Virus record (IMG/VR): IMGVR_UViG_2721755796_000006
DNA from: an uncultured virus (IMG/VR IMGVR_UViG_2721755796_000006)
Lineage: Duplodnaviria > Heunggongvirae > Uroviricota > Caudoviricetes
Strand: one strand, 5' to 3'
DNA: 20,000 nucleotides
This document shows, piece after piece, positions 1-8,146 of this stretch (position 1 is its first letter; every line of letters begins with the position of its first letter). The notes below the pieces were generated by a model. It saw nothing but the letters and a program-made list of their open reading frames with translations, had not been told where the DNA came from and ran no database searches. A program made the position numbers and the translations under genes.

Positions 1-1
1 A

Positions 2-781
2 CCGATGTTCTTTGGGTTTATCTTTGAACGGAATTGGAGTAAGGGAACGGAAATCAAGGTGATGGCATACGACCAGCTCCGTTACCTTAAGAATAAGGAC
101 AGCTACAACTATGAAAGCAAGACAGCAGGTGAGATCATCCAGATGATTGCTGGAGACTTCAATCTGCAGACAGGGACACTGGAGGATACCGGCTACCCGA
201 TACCTTACCGTAATGAGCCGGATACGGCGCTGTTTGATATTATCCTGAATGCCCTGGACCTGACCATGATGGCCACAGGGAAGATGTTCGTGCTGTATGA
301 CGATGTCGGGAAACTAACTCTCAGGAATGTAGAGGATATGAAGCTCAATGTGATGATTGATGATGAAACGGCTCAGGACTATGACTTCACGGTGAGTATT
401 GATAAGGATACCTACAACCAAATCAAGCTTTTCCGCGATAACGATGATACAAATAAACGAGATGTTTTTATGACAAAACATACGGAAAATATCAACAAGT
501 GGGGCGTCTTGCAGATGAGCGAGTCCCTGGACAAGGGTGTGGACGGACAGAAGGTAGCGGAGACGTATCTGGGCCTGTACAACCGTCCATCCAAAAGCCT
601 TTCCATCAAGAAGGCGTTTGGGGATATCAAGGTACGGGCTGGATGCCTTATACCCGTGTTCTTGGATGTGAAGGACATGCAGCTCAGGAACTATCTGCTG
701 GTGGAAACTGTCACGCATACGATAAACAAAGGTGTCCATACCATGGACCTAACATTGAAAGGGGCTGGAATAAGTGGATAA
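2..781 (+). CDS. xkdQ: XkdQ/YqbQ-like tail hub (baseplate) protein, 5'-partial
   Basis: Frame is open from the window edge; motifs AYDQLRYLKNKDSY, LYDDVGKLTL, WGVLQ and a C-terminal HTMDLTL; lies upstream of xkdR/S/T-like genes. Confidence 0.85.
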   Translation, partial: PMFFGFIFERNWSKGTEIKVMAYDQLRYLKNKDSYNYESKTAGEIIQMIAGDFNLQTGTLEDTGYPIPYRNEPDTALFDIILNALDLTMMATGKMFVLYDDVGKLTLRNVEDMKLNVMIDDETAQDYDFTVSIDKDTYNQIKLFRDNDDTNKRDVFMTKHTENINKWGVLQMSESLDKGVDGQKVAETYLGLYNRPSKSLSIKKAFGDIKVRAGCLIPVFLDVKDMQLRNYLLVETVTHTINKGVHTMDLTLKGAGISG

Positions 782-1085
782 TGATTGGATTGAGAACTTA
801 CGGAACATTTCACGGCAGGCAGAGGAGGCGGCAAAACCGTGCAACGTACTCACAGGGACTGTGACAGGGACGTCTCCGGTGGCAGTGCAGATAGATCAGA
901 AAATAACCGTCACAGCCAGCCAGCTGCTCATACCGCGGTATCTGACGGACCATGTGGAACAGATGTCAATTCTGGGAGTGGGTGATGTTGCGGTCACGGT
1001 GAAGAATGCCCTGAAAGGCGGAGAGGCGGTTATATTGGTACAAAAACGAGGGGCGCAGCAGTATCTTGTGGTGGACCGGTATTGA
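774..1085 (+). CDS. xkdR: XkdR-like (DUF2577) baseplate/spike protein
   Basis: 103 aa; motifs GTVTGTSP and ALKGGEAVILVQKRGAQQYLVVDR; synteny. Confidence 0.8.
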   Translation: MDNDWIENLRNISRQAEEAAKPCNVLTGTVTGTSPVAVQIDQKITVTASQLLIPRYLTDHVEQMSILGVGDVAVTVKNALKGGEAVILVQKRGAQQYLVVDRY

Positions 1086-1101
1086 TAAGGAGGTGTTTGA
1101 G

Positions 1102-1503
1102 ATGCTGCCGAAGACGGGAGACATTTTAAGAGCGGATTTTACTATCCGAAAACAGCCGTCAAAGACATATCGATTGAAGGATGGAAGGGTGATAGGGAAT
1201 GTGGACGGGATAGAGGCCGTAAAGCAGTCCGTGTTCTGTATTCTGAATACAGAGCGGTTTGAACACATCGTTTACAGTTGGAACTATGGTAGGGAGTTCA
1301 CAGACTTGTATGGCGGGTCAATGGGTGTGTTGGAGTCTAAGATTAAAAAGCGGATTAAGGAAGCACTGATGCAGGATGACCGGATCCGGAGCGTCGGGGC
1401 TTTTTCTTTTACACGAAATGGAAAGCAAGTTGTGGTAGCCTTTACCGTTTCCAGTGATGTGGGAGTGTTCGCAGCAGAAAAGGAGGTGGTTGTAAGTGTA
1501 TGA
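1102..1503 (+). CDS. xkdS: XkdS-like (DUF2634, gp25-like) baseplate protein
   Basis: AAGGAGGTG RBS precedes ATG 1102; motifs LNTERFEHIVYSWNYG and IKEALMQDDRI. Confidence 0.85.
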   Translation: MLPKTGDILRADFTIRKQPSKTYRLKDGRVIGNVDGIEAVKQSVFCILNTERFEHIVYSWNYGREFTDLYGGSMGVLESKIKKRIKEALMQDDRIRSVGAFSFTRNGKQVVVAFTVSSDVGVFAAEKEVVVSV

Positions 1504-2551
1504 AAACGTAACATATGAGGAAATCTTGAAGCGTATGTTGGACCGGGTTCCAAGTGATGTTGACAAACGGGAAGGGTCAATCATTTATGATGCATTGGCT
1601 CCGTCTGCGGTGGAGATGCAACTAATGTACACAGAATTACATGCAGTTTTGAATGAATTGTTCGCGGATACGGCTAGCCGTGAGTTTTTAATCAAGCGAG
1701 CATCAGAGCGTGGCCTGCATCCGAAAGAGGCCACATATGCAGTACTTAAAGGTGAATTTGACACGGATATACCTATTGGCAGCCGTTTTTCGTTGGAGAC
1801 GTTGAACTATGTGACAGTTGAACGTATTGCTCAAGGGCAGTATATAATGCAGTGTGAGACTATAGGTACAGCAGGGAACACGCTGTTTGGGCCGCTCATA
1901 CCAATTGAGTATATCAGAGGGCTGTCACGGGCAGAACTGACAGAATTACTGATTCCAGGAGAGGACGAGGAGGGGACGGAACAGCTCCGGCACCGTTATT
2001 TTGACAGTCTGTATTCACAAGCTTTTGGTGGGAATATTGCGGATTACCGTGAAAAGGTGAATGGCATATCTGGTGTGGGAGGTGTCAAGGTATATCCGGC
2101 CTGGGATGGAGGAGGGACCGTGAAGCTGGTAATCATCAACTCGGAATATGGAATCCCGTCAAATGAACTAATCCAGGCAGTAAAGGATGTGATTGACCCA
2201 GCTCCGGATACAGGGGCGGGATATGGCCTGGCACCCATTGGTCACACAGTTACCGTAGAGGGGGCAGCAGAAGAGAGGGTTTCCATCATATCCACCATTG
2301 TCTATCAGGCGGGCTACAACTTTGAGAGGTGCAGAGAGGATATTTTTCAGGCAATTGATACATATCTTCATGAACTGAACATGGCATGGCAGGATGATGC
2401 TCAGACAGTTGTGAGGGTGTCACGAATTGAGGGACGCCTGTTGGACATCGAAGGTATTGTGGATGTTTATGATACAAAGATTAATGGAAGTCCCGGCAAT
2501 CATGTACTCTCTTCCAGTTCAATCGCAGTAAGGGGGGATATAAGTGGATGA
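1496..2551 (+). CDS. xkdT: Baseplate J/gp47 family protein (XkdT-like)
   Basis: Motifs DKREGSIIYDALAP, GGNIADY, VYPAWDGGGTVKLVI and APIGHTVTV. Confidence 0.92.
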   Translation: MYENVTYEEILKRMLDRVPSDVDKREGSIIYDALAPSAVEMQLMYTELHAVLNELFADTASREFLIKRASERGLHPKEATYAVLKGEFDTDIPIGSRFSLETLNYVTVERIAQGQYIMQCETIGTAGNTLFGPLIPIEYIRGLSRAELTELLIPGEDEEGTEQLRHRYFDSLYSQAFGGNIADYREKVNGISGVGGVKVYPAWDGGGTVKLVIINSEYGIPSNELIQAVKDVIDPAPDTGAGYGLAPIGHTVTVEGAAEERVSIISTIVYQAGYNFERCREDIFQAIDTYLHELNMAWQDDAQTVVRVSRIEGRLLDIEGIVDVYDTKINGSPGNHVLSSSSIAVRGDISG

Positions 2552-3632
2552 TAAGGGTGGGCAGTCAGGACGGGTACTGGATTTAGCCAGGTATGTCCCG
2601 GATTTCCTGCGGGAAGTAAAGGAATTCAGACAGCTATACGGGGCGCAGGAAGGTGAGTTGAGACGGCTGTATGGCAATGTGGATGCGCTGCGGAAGGACA
2701 GCCTGATTCCTGCTGCCACGATTCAGGGGATTAAACGCTATGAGTTGATGCTAGGACTAAAACCATATCCGGGAGACACACTGGAAGAACGTAGAGCTGC
2801 AGTTGCGCTCAAATGGAACCAACAGCTTCCTTACACACTTCCCCGTCTAAAGGAACGCCTAGAGGTAATCGTGGGGAACGATGGGTATGTCTTGTGGGTG
2901 AGAGGCAAGACATATGAGTTGGAGTTGTGGATTGTTGAGCAGCCGTGTCGTGTATTACAGGAACTTCGGGACATGACGCGTCAGATGATACCGGCCAACC
3001 TGTTGTTCATTTTTGCTGGTCTGTACCCAATAGAGATACCGGCCAATACAGCCACATCAGGTAGGTTGGAACTGATTTCCGATTTCTATGCCCGATATAA
3101 CCGTGAGTTCTTGTACTTGGATGGAACCTGGGAATTGGACGGGACTTATTTACTCAATGGGTACAAGGCGGCAGGACTGGATCTGTATCCCTTTGAGATG
3201 GTAATCAGGGATAGCCTCTCGGTAAGCAATGCAGTGGACGGCAGGGCAGTCGGTATGATATCAGAGGCATTCAAGGAAATGAAGGTCCATCCTGTATTAC
3301 GGCTACTGTCATCCATGTCGGCGAGGCTCAGAACGGATGTGCAGCAATGGCTTAAAGGCCACACGGCAGTCCCAATAGATGCAGGGGTGCGGACTGCCTG
3401 TCAGTCTGACGCTACGGCGTATCAAAAGACGAGGGAAGTGCTGACGCTACACGGTGACGGACAGGCAAATGCCTCCATATGTTCCGTGTCCGGTATAGTA
3501 CAGCAGATATCTACCGGACCTGAGATGATTTGCAAGCTGACTGTCGAGAACGACCTATGGTATCTGGATGGGACTTACCTGCTGGACGGAACCAAGCTAT
3601 TAGACGCAGAAATATTTGAATATGAATTATGA
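2544..3632 (+). CDS. xkdU: XkdU-like (DUF2313) baseplate wedge/tail protein with a long C-terminal extension carrying LDG repeats
   Basis: N-terminal YVPDFLREVKEF, TLEERRAAV, LPYTLPRL and MIPANL; downstream of baseplate J. Confidence 0.8.
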   Translation: MDDKGGQSGRVLDLARYVPDFLREVKEFRQLYGAQEGELRRLYGNVDALRKDSLIPAATIQGIKRYELMLGLKPYPGDTLEERRAAVALKWNQQLPYTLPRLKERLEVIVGNDGYVLWVRGKTYELELWIVEQPCRVLQELRDMTRQMIPANLLFIFAGLYPIEIPANTATSGRLELISDFYARYNREFLYLDGTWELDGTYLLNGYKAAGLDLYPFEMVIRDSLSVSNAVDGRAVGMISEAFKEMKVHPVLRLLSSMSARLRTDVQQWLKGHTAVPIDAGVRTACQSDATAYQKTREVLTLHGDGQANASICSVSGIVQQISTGPEMICKLTVENDLWYLDGTYLLDGTKLLDAEIFEYEL

Positions 3633-3649
3633 AAGGATGGTAAGACAAT

Positions 3650-4036
3650 ATGGCACAAGGAATAATCACAGAGATAGGACGTAAGAAGCTGTGCAGGTCA
3701 CATGCAGGGGACCAGATACTGCCAGCAATCACCCAGATGGCCTTCGGGTCTGGCGGTGTAGATGCGGATGGGAATGTTATTGAGACAACCGGAACAGAGA
3801 CGGCTCTTAAGGCAGAACTGCTTAAGAAGGATATCGACAGCCACAACTATACGGATGATAAGGAGACCACTTGCCGGTACACGGTGCGACTTGGGAAAGC
3901 GGAGCTGGCCAATCAGAATATATCCGAACAGGGGTTGTTTGACTCAGACGGGGACCTGATTGCGTATAAGACATTCCTGCCAAAAGGCAAGGATGATGAC
4001 ATGGAGTTCATTTTTGACATGGACGAGGTATTTTAA
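3650..4036 (+). CDS. Phage tail-collar/tail-fibre N-terminal-like protein (DUF3751-like)
   Basis: Pattern IITEIGRKKL...ITQMAFGSGG...ISEQGLFDSDGDLIAY; RBS AAAGGATGG. Confidence 0.75.
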   Translation: MAQGIITEIGRKKLCRSHAGDQILPAITQMAFGSGGVDADGNVIETTGTETALKAELLKKDIDSHNYTDDKETTCRYTVRLGKAELANQNISEQGLFDSDGDLIAYKTFLPKGKDDDMEFIFDMDEVF

Positions 4037-4047
4037 GGAGGCTAAGT

Positions 4048-4512
4048 ATGGCACAGTTACCAATTACAGATAATCCGGCGTTCAGCCAGACCATGGAGCA
4101 GGTGACGACCAAGGACCGGGGAGCGCCTGATACCTTTAATCCACGGTATCAGGTACTGCTGGATAATGACAATTATCTTAAGAAAAAGGTCGAGCGTGCC
4201 GCCCTGAGGAATGACAAACAAATTACCATCCCTGCATTCACGCAGTCCGCTGCGCCATATACAGCAGACATAAAAGTGCAACATCTCAAGACAACAGATG
4301 CGATTGAACTGTATGCGGGGCTGATAAAGAGTGACAGCGAACTTACGGCGGAGCAGAAAGCAGAAAAAATAAAAATACGAAGAAAATACCTGAACATGAT
4401 TGATGATGCAGAGTGTAATACAGATGGCATATTGACGGTAACCTCCTACAGCAAGAAACCGGCCACGGAATTTGCTGTATGGTTAAGGGGCTGCTCAGCA
4501 GAGGAGGAATAG
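4048..4512 (+). CDS. Putative tail fibre-associated protein
   Basis: AAGGAGG RBS; PDTFNPRYQVLLDNDNYLKKKVE resembles a tail-fibre N-terminal motif; synteny. Confidence 0.6.
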   Translation: MAQLPITDNPAFSQTMEQVTTKDRGAPDTFNPRYQVLLDNDNYLKKKVERAALRNDKQITIPAFTQSAAPYTADIKVQHLKTTDAIELYAGLIKSDSELTAEQKAEKIKIRRKYLNMIDDAECNTDGILTVTSYSKKPATEFAVWLRGCSAEEE

Positions 4513-4515
4513 AGA

Positions 4516-5721
4516 TTGAAAGCAATTATACACGGCAGTGGAGGAGCAGATACAGATGGTTTGACCGCTATTTCCGCTCACGTACTGAACGGAGAGATAT
4601 TTTATGGAGCCGATAGCGACGAACCTCAGACCGGAACCATGACAGTAAATAGTATACTGTCTTTTAGTGTAGCCGCATATAGTGGACGCCGAGTACTTTT
4701 GAAATGGCAGAATCCGTATGCGGCTCCTGGAAAACCTTATTGCGGAGTAATAATAAAAGCCAGTACGGGCGGATATCCAGCTTGGAATGCGCCTGCTTGG
4801 GATGCAATTTATGTAGGAGCAGGAGACAATGCTACTCCTGGAGGCTGGTCACAAGCATTTATGGATTTACCAGCTTTAAATACCACTTATTATTTTACAT
4901 GCTTTGGGTATGCCACAACAAACTTTGGAGAGATATACAGTCCGGTATATGACCCGTCGTCAGTTAAAAATGCTGTATATACGACCGTAGGACCTTCGTT
5001 GGTTACGATAGCCGGAACGCAGGATTACGTAATTCCAGATGGATTTACATCTGCGGATATATTTTGCGTAGGCGGCGGAGGCGGTGGTGGTAAAGGATAC
5101 CGATATACTTCGAATGCCTATCAACAAGCCGGTGGTGGAGGCGGTGGTGGATATACTGCTACTGTTTATAATATTGGCGTGGCGGCCGGACAAGTATTAA
5201 ATTGTGTAGTAGGTGCCGGAGGCGCACCCAATGGTAGTCTTAGTGGTAACGGCGGTACAGGAGGTACAACATCAGTATCAAGAAGCGGTACTGTCTTATG
5301 TACGGCTAATGGCGGACACGGAGGTGAAAACGCTAATGGTGGCAATGGTGGCATAGGTGGTTCCGGTGGTGGTAGTGGTGGATATAATGACTTAGACACA
5401 AGGCCGGTCATAAGAGCCGGTGAAGATGGATTTTCAGACGGTAGCGGATGGAGTAATAGACCCGGCCAGGGACGTACAACAAGAGCTTTTGGCGAAGCCG
5501 GAAACACTTTATATGCTGGCGGCGGAGGAGGCGGAGGAGTAACCCATGGTGGTCCCGGCGCTGGTGGTGCTGGAGGTGGCGGAGCAGGCAGTTATGATAC
5601 AGGCAGTCCGGGTAGCGCTAACACTGGCGGCGGAGGCGGCGGCGGAGGCGGCGATCTTTACGGAACCGCCGAGTGGGGCGGTACTGGCGGCTCAGGAGTT
5701 ATTTTAATCAGATTAAAATAG
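4516..5721 (+). CDS. Glycine-rich-domain tail fibre / putative receptor-binding protein (TTG start)
   Basis: GGAGG RBS; N-terminal beta-rich region, then DIFCVGGGGGGG...ANTGGGGGG...GGSGVILIRLK, a glycine-rich domain typical of phage tail proteins. Confidence 0.75.
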   Translation: MKAIIHGSGGADTDGLTAISAHVLNGEIFYGADSDEPQTGTMTVNSILSFSVAAYSGRRVLLKWQNPYAAPGKPYCGVIIKASTGGYPAWNAPAWDAIYVGAGDNATPGGWSQAFMDLPALNTTYYFTCFGYATTNFGEIYSPVYDPSSVKNAVYTTVGPSLVTIAGTQDYVIPDGFTSADIFCVGGGGGGGKGYRYTSNAYQQAGGGGGGGYTATVYNIGVAAGQVLNCVVGAGGAPNGSLSGNGGTGGTTSVSRSGTVLCTANGGHGGENANGGNGGIGGSGGGSGGYNDLDTRPVIRAGEDGFSDGSGWSNRPGQGRTTRAFGEAGNTLYAGGGGGGGVTHGGPGAGGAGGGGAGSYDTGSPGSANTGGGGGGGGGDLYGTAEWGGTGGSGVILIRLK

Positions 5722-5731
5722 GAGGATTAAT

Positions 5732-6034
5732 ATGGTAGCACACGAAGTATTCGCAATGATATTTGACGAAACGGTACAGAATGTGGTGGTAGGGCATTAT
5801 GAAGAGGTCAACCGAGTAGCACGGTGCGTATATGGTGACGATGCCTTTGCGGTGGATTGCCTGCAATATCCCTGTGAGATAGGAGATAAGTACATAAACG
5901 GCGTATTTTACAAGGCCGATGGGATAACACCCATTGAATATATCCCTACCCAGGAGCAGCAGGTGGCTCAGCTCCGGCGAGAAAATGCGGAGCTTACACT
6001 TGCCCTGGCAGACATGATAGGAGGTGCAATGTAA
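5732..6034 (+). CDS. Hypothetical tail-associated protein (XkdW-like position; possible fibre chaperone)
   Basis: AGGAGG RBS; C-terminal coiled segment QEQQVAQLRRENAELTLALADM. Confidence 0.65.
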   Translation: MVAHEVFAMIFDETVQNVVVGHYEEVNRVARCVYGDDAFAVDCLQYPCEIGDKYINGVFYKADGITPIEYIPTQEQQVAQLRRENAELTLALADMIGGAM

Positions 6035-6180
6035 TGTTATCCAATATACAGCGCAACATCATTATCCGGGCCCTGCAGATTCGGATGAATCAGGGGGAGG
6101 AACCGGCAGGCATCCTGGATGGTTACAAGAACCTGACAGAAGAGGAAAAGGCAGAGCTGTTGGAAGCCTTAGAAGAATAG
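6034..6180 (+). CDS. Small 48-aa phage protein (XkdX-like position), missing from the ORF track
   Basis: TAATG translational coupling, AGGAGGTG RBS; MLSNIQRNIIIRALQIRMNQGEEPAGILDGYKNLTEEEKAELLEALEE; fills the gap before the holin exactly. Confidence 0.8.
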   Translation: MLSNIQRNIIIRALQIRMNQGEEPAGILDGYKNLTEEEKAELLEALEE

Positions 6181-6194
6181 GAAAGGTGAGGTTA

Positions 6195-6623
6195 ATGAAG
6201 ATGAAGAAAGATATTGTATGTGCCATTATGGGAATGGCAGCGGCGGCAGGAGTAAAGCTTTTTGGGGGCTGGACCCCGACATTGAGTATCGTGCTCATAC
6301 TTATGGGACTGGACCTGATGGCAGGGTTCTTGGTGGCTGTGGTGTTTAAAAAGTCACCAAAATCGGAGAGCGGTGCTGCTAGCTCAAACGCGATGCTTAA
6401 AGGGCTGTGCAAGAAATTTATGATGGTGTGCCTTCTGGCGGTAGCCCATCAGCTTGATGTGGCCCTGGGAGTGGATTACATTATGCTGGCAGCTACATAT
6501 GGATTTATCGCAAATGAGTCGTTGTCGATTGTGGAGAATGCCGGACTCATGGGTATTGTGAAATCCGATGTGATAATCAATGCCATTGAAGTGTTAAAGG
6601 GCAAATCGCAGAAAACAGAGTAA
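6195..6623 (+). CDS. Phage holin (Phage_holin_4_1 / toxin secretion-phage lysis holin family)
   Basis: Hydrophobic segments; motifs FGGW, LMGLDLMAG, KGLCKK and FIANESLSIVENAGLMG; RBS AAGGTGAGG; directly upstream of the endolysin. Confidence 0.92.
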   Translation: MKMKKDIVCAIMGMAAAAGVKLFGGWTPTLSIVLILMGLDLMAGFLVAVVFKKSPKSESGAASSNAMLKGLCKKFMMVCLLAVAHQLDVALGVDYIMLAATYGFIANESLSIVENAGLMGIVKSDVIINAIEVLKGKSQKTE

Positions 6624-6652
6624 TTGCGATATCGCAACTTGTGACGTCACAA
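6624..6652. repeat. Two tandem perfect 14-bp palindromes
   Basis: TTGCGATATCGCAA (6624-6637), C, TTGTGACGTCACAA (6639-6652). Confidence 0.9.
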
Positions 6653-6660
6653 CTTTTTAT

Positions 6661-6692
6661 GGCCTGGGAGTAAGTCCCGGGCCTTATCTTTT
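6661..6692 (+). terminator. Terminator-like hairpin between holin and endolysin
   Basis: GGCCTGGGA-gtaag-TCCCGGGCC followed by TTATCTTTT. Confidence 0.55.
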
Positions 6693-6707
6693 GATTGGAG
6701 GTACGAT

Positions 6708-7481
6708 ATGAGTAAAACAGCAGCAGGATTAATTGAGCATTGCAAGGACAAGCTTGGCACACCCTACGTCTACGGCGCCAAGGGTGAGGTCCTTACCCAA
6801 GCCATACTGGATAGGTTGGCCCGGGAGAACCCAGGCACATACACATCTACTTACAAGGCCAAGGCCGCCAAGTACATAGGCCAGCGCTGCACGGACTGTT
6901 CCGGCCTCATCAGCTGGTACACCGGGCGCATCCGCGGCAGTTACAACTACCACGACACAGCCGTGGAGCGGATAGGCGTTGACCATCTGGACGAGTCCAT
7001 GGTCGGTTGGGCGCTCTGGAAGCCGGGACACATCGGGGTATACATCGGGGATGGATGGTGCATCGAGGCCAAGGGCATCAACTACGGGACCATCAAGTCC
7101 AGAGTGGCGGTCACACCCTGGCAGAAAGCCCTTAAGCTCTGTGATATTGATTATGCCCCGGTTCAGGTGACATACACCCAGGGCTTCCGGCCGGCCGCAG
7201 ACGGGCAGCGCTGGTGGTATCAGTTTACAGATGGTAGCTTTGCGGCCAACGGCTGGTACTGGCTCCGGGAGGCCACGGACGGCACATATGGCTGGTACCT
7301 GTTTGACAGCGGGGGCTACATGCTGACCGGCTACCAGGTGGACCCTGCTGGCGAAGCCTTCCTGCTCTGCCCGGTCAAGGGCTCTGACGAGGGCAAATGC
7401 ATGATTACGGATGCCAGGGGAGTGCTCCGGATTGCGGAGGAGTATGACATGGTAAATCGACGGTACGTGTTTAATTGGTAG
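6708..7481 (+). CDS. Endolysin: NlpC/P60-type peptidase domain plus C-terminal cell-wall-binding repeats
   Basis: Motifs GTPYVYGAKG, TDCSGLIS and PGHIGVYIG; repeats WWYQFTDG/NGWYWL/WYLFDSGGYMLTG; GGAGG RBS. Confidence 0.9.
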   Translation: MSKTAAGLIEHCKDKLGTPYVYGAKGEVLTQAILDRLARENPGTYTSTYKAKAAKYIGQRCTDCSGLISWYTGRIRGSYNYHDTAVERIGVDHLDESMVGWALWKPGHIGVYIGDGWCIEAKGINYGTIKSRVAVTPWQKALKLCDIDYAPVQVTYTQGFRPAADGQRWWYQFTDGSFAANGWYWLREATDGTYGWYLFDSGGYMLTGYQVDPAGEAFLLCPVKGSDEGKCMITDARGVLRIAEEYDMVNRRYVFNW

Positions 7482-7489
7482 ATTACCGA

Positions 7490-7510
7490 AGGGCGCTGCA
7501 ATAGCGCCCT
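7490..7510. terminator. Hairpin between the convergent endolysin and Spo0A-CTD genes
   Basis: Perfect 8-bp stem AGGGCGCT-gcaat-AGCGCCCT; U-tract is weak. Confidence 0.6.
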
Positions 7511-7517
7511 GGCTTAC

Positions 7518-7859
7518 TCAATCATAATAATGGCGTACAACATAATGAGCCAGCGCATCAATAAAGGCGCCGTTCCGCGGCTTTTGTGCCAACTCAAAGC
7601 TGAAAACCTGGTTTAAAAGATTCCGGTCGCCATGGAGCCAGATAGTATTAATGATGGTGCGTATATTACGTTCTACACATCCTACAGATGTTTGGTAGCG
7701 GGCGGCAATTTCTACATATAGCCCTTTTGATATATAAGAAAGCAGGTCCGGTTCATGGACTGAGCGGATTACACCATAAATAGTATAGCGGAATCCTACG
7801 TAGGAATTATTGACACCAAGCCGTCGAAGCAGGTTACTGGTTTCTCTTTCGTATTTCAT
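7518..7859 (-). CDS. Stand-alone Spo0A C-terminal DNA-binding-domain protein (no receiver domain)
   Basis: LLRRLGV...GFRY...ISKGLYVEIAARYQTSVGCVERNIRTIINTIW...KPRNGAFIDAL matches the Spo0A_C pattern; AGGAGG RBS on the minus strand. Confidence 0.9.
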   Translation of the reverse strand: MKYERETSNLLRRLGVNNSYVGFRYTIYGVIRSVHEPDLLSYISKGLYVEIAARYQTSVGCVERNIRTIINTIWLHGDRNLLNQVFSFELAQKPRNGAFIDALAHYVVRHYYD

Positions 7860-8104
7860 ACTGATTCCTCCTTGTTTTTTGTTACTAATTTAACGATATA
7901 TGCAAGGAGGGGCATTATCAAGTGAAGATTGAACGACAAAAAGCAACGAAAAGTGTCGTAAAATGCGAATAAACGGACCATTTATGGTATTATTTGCCAG
8001 GACAACCCCTGCATTGAAAGGAGTACAATGGCCTTGGAAGGAGGCGCATAAAGATGGATGGAAGGCGAGGAGGAATTGGAAATCTTCCTTTTTTATTCAG
8101 ATTA

Positions 8105-8113
8105 TGCTATGAT
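8105..8113 (+). promoter_or_regulatory. Putative extended -10 promoter for the moron operon
   Basis: TGCTATGAT (TGn-TATgAT), ending 34 nt upstream of ATG 8147. Confidence 0.5.
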
Positions 8114-8146
8114 GCATATATAAAATATAAAAAGGGGGAAACATAG

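Noticed and set aside
5050..5721. Possible diversity-generating retroelement variable region in the Gly-rich gene
   Set aside because: No reverse transcriptase and no adenine-variant template repeat found in this window; the GGN repeats are explained by glycine codons
6024..6194. 57-aa N-terminal extension of the holin in the ORF track
   Set aside because: Overlaps a better-supported 48-aa ORF; the holin RBS lies at 6183-6191
314..7170. Numerous alternative-frame and antisense ORFs over the tail and lysis genes (e.g. 314-739, 499-864, 3511-3846, 5166-5507, 6062-6412, 6729-7031)
   Set aside because: Shadow ORFs of well-supported genes, with no recognisable motifs
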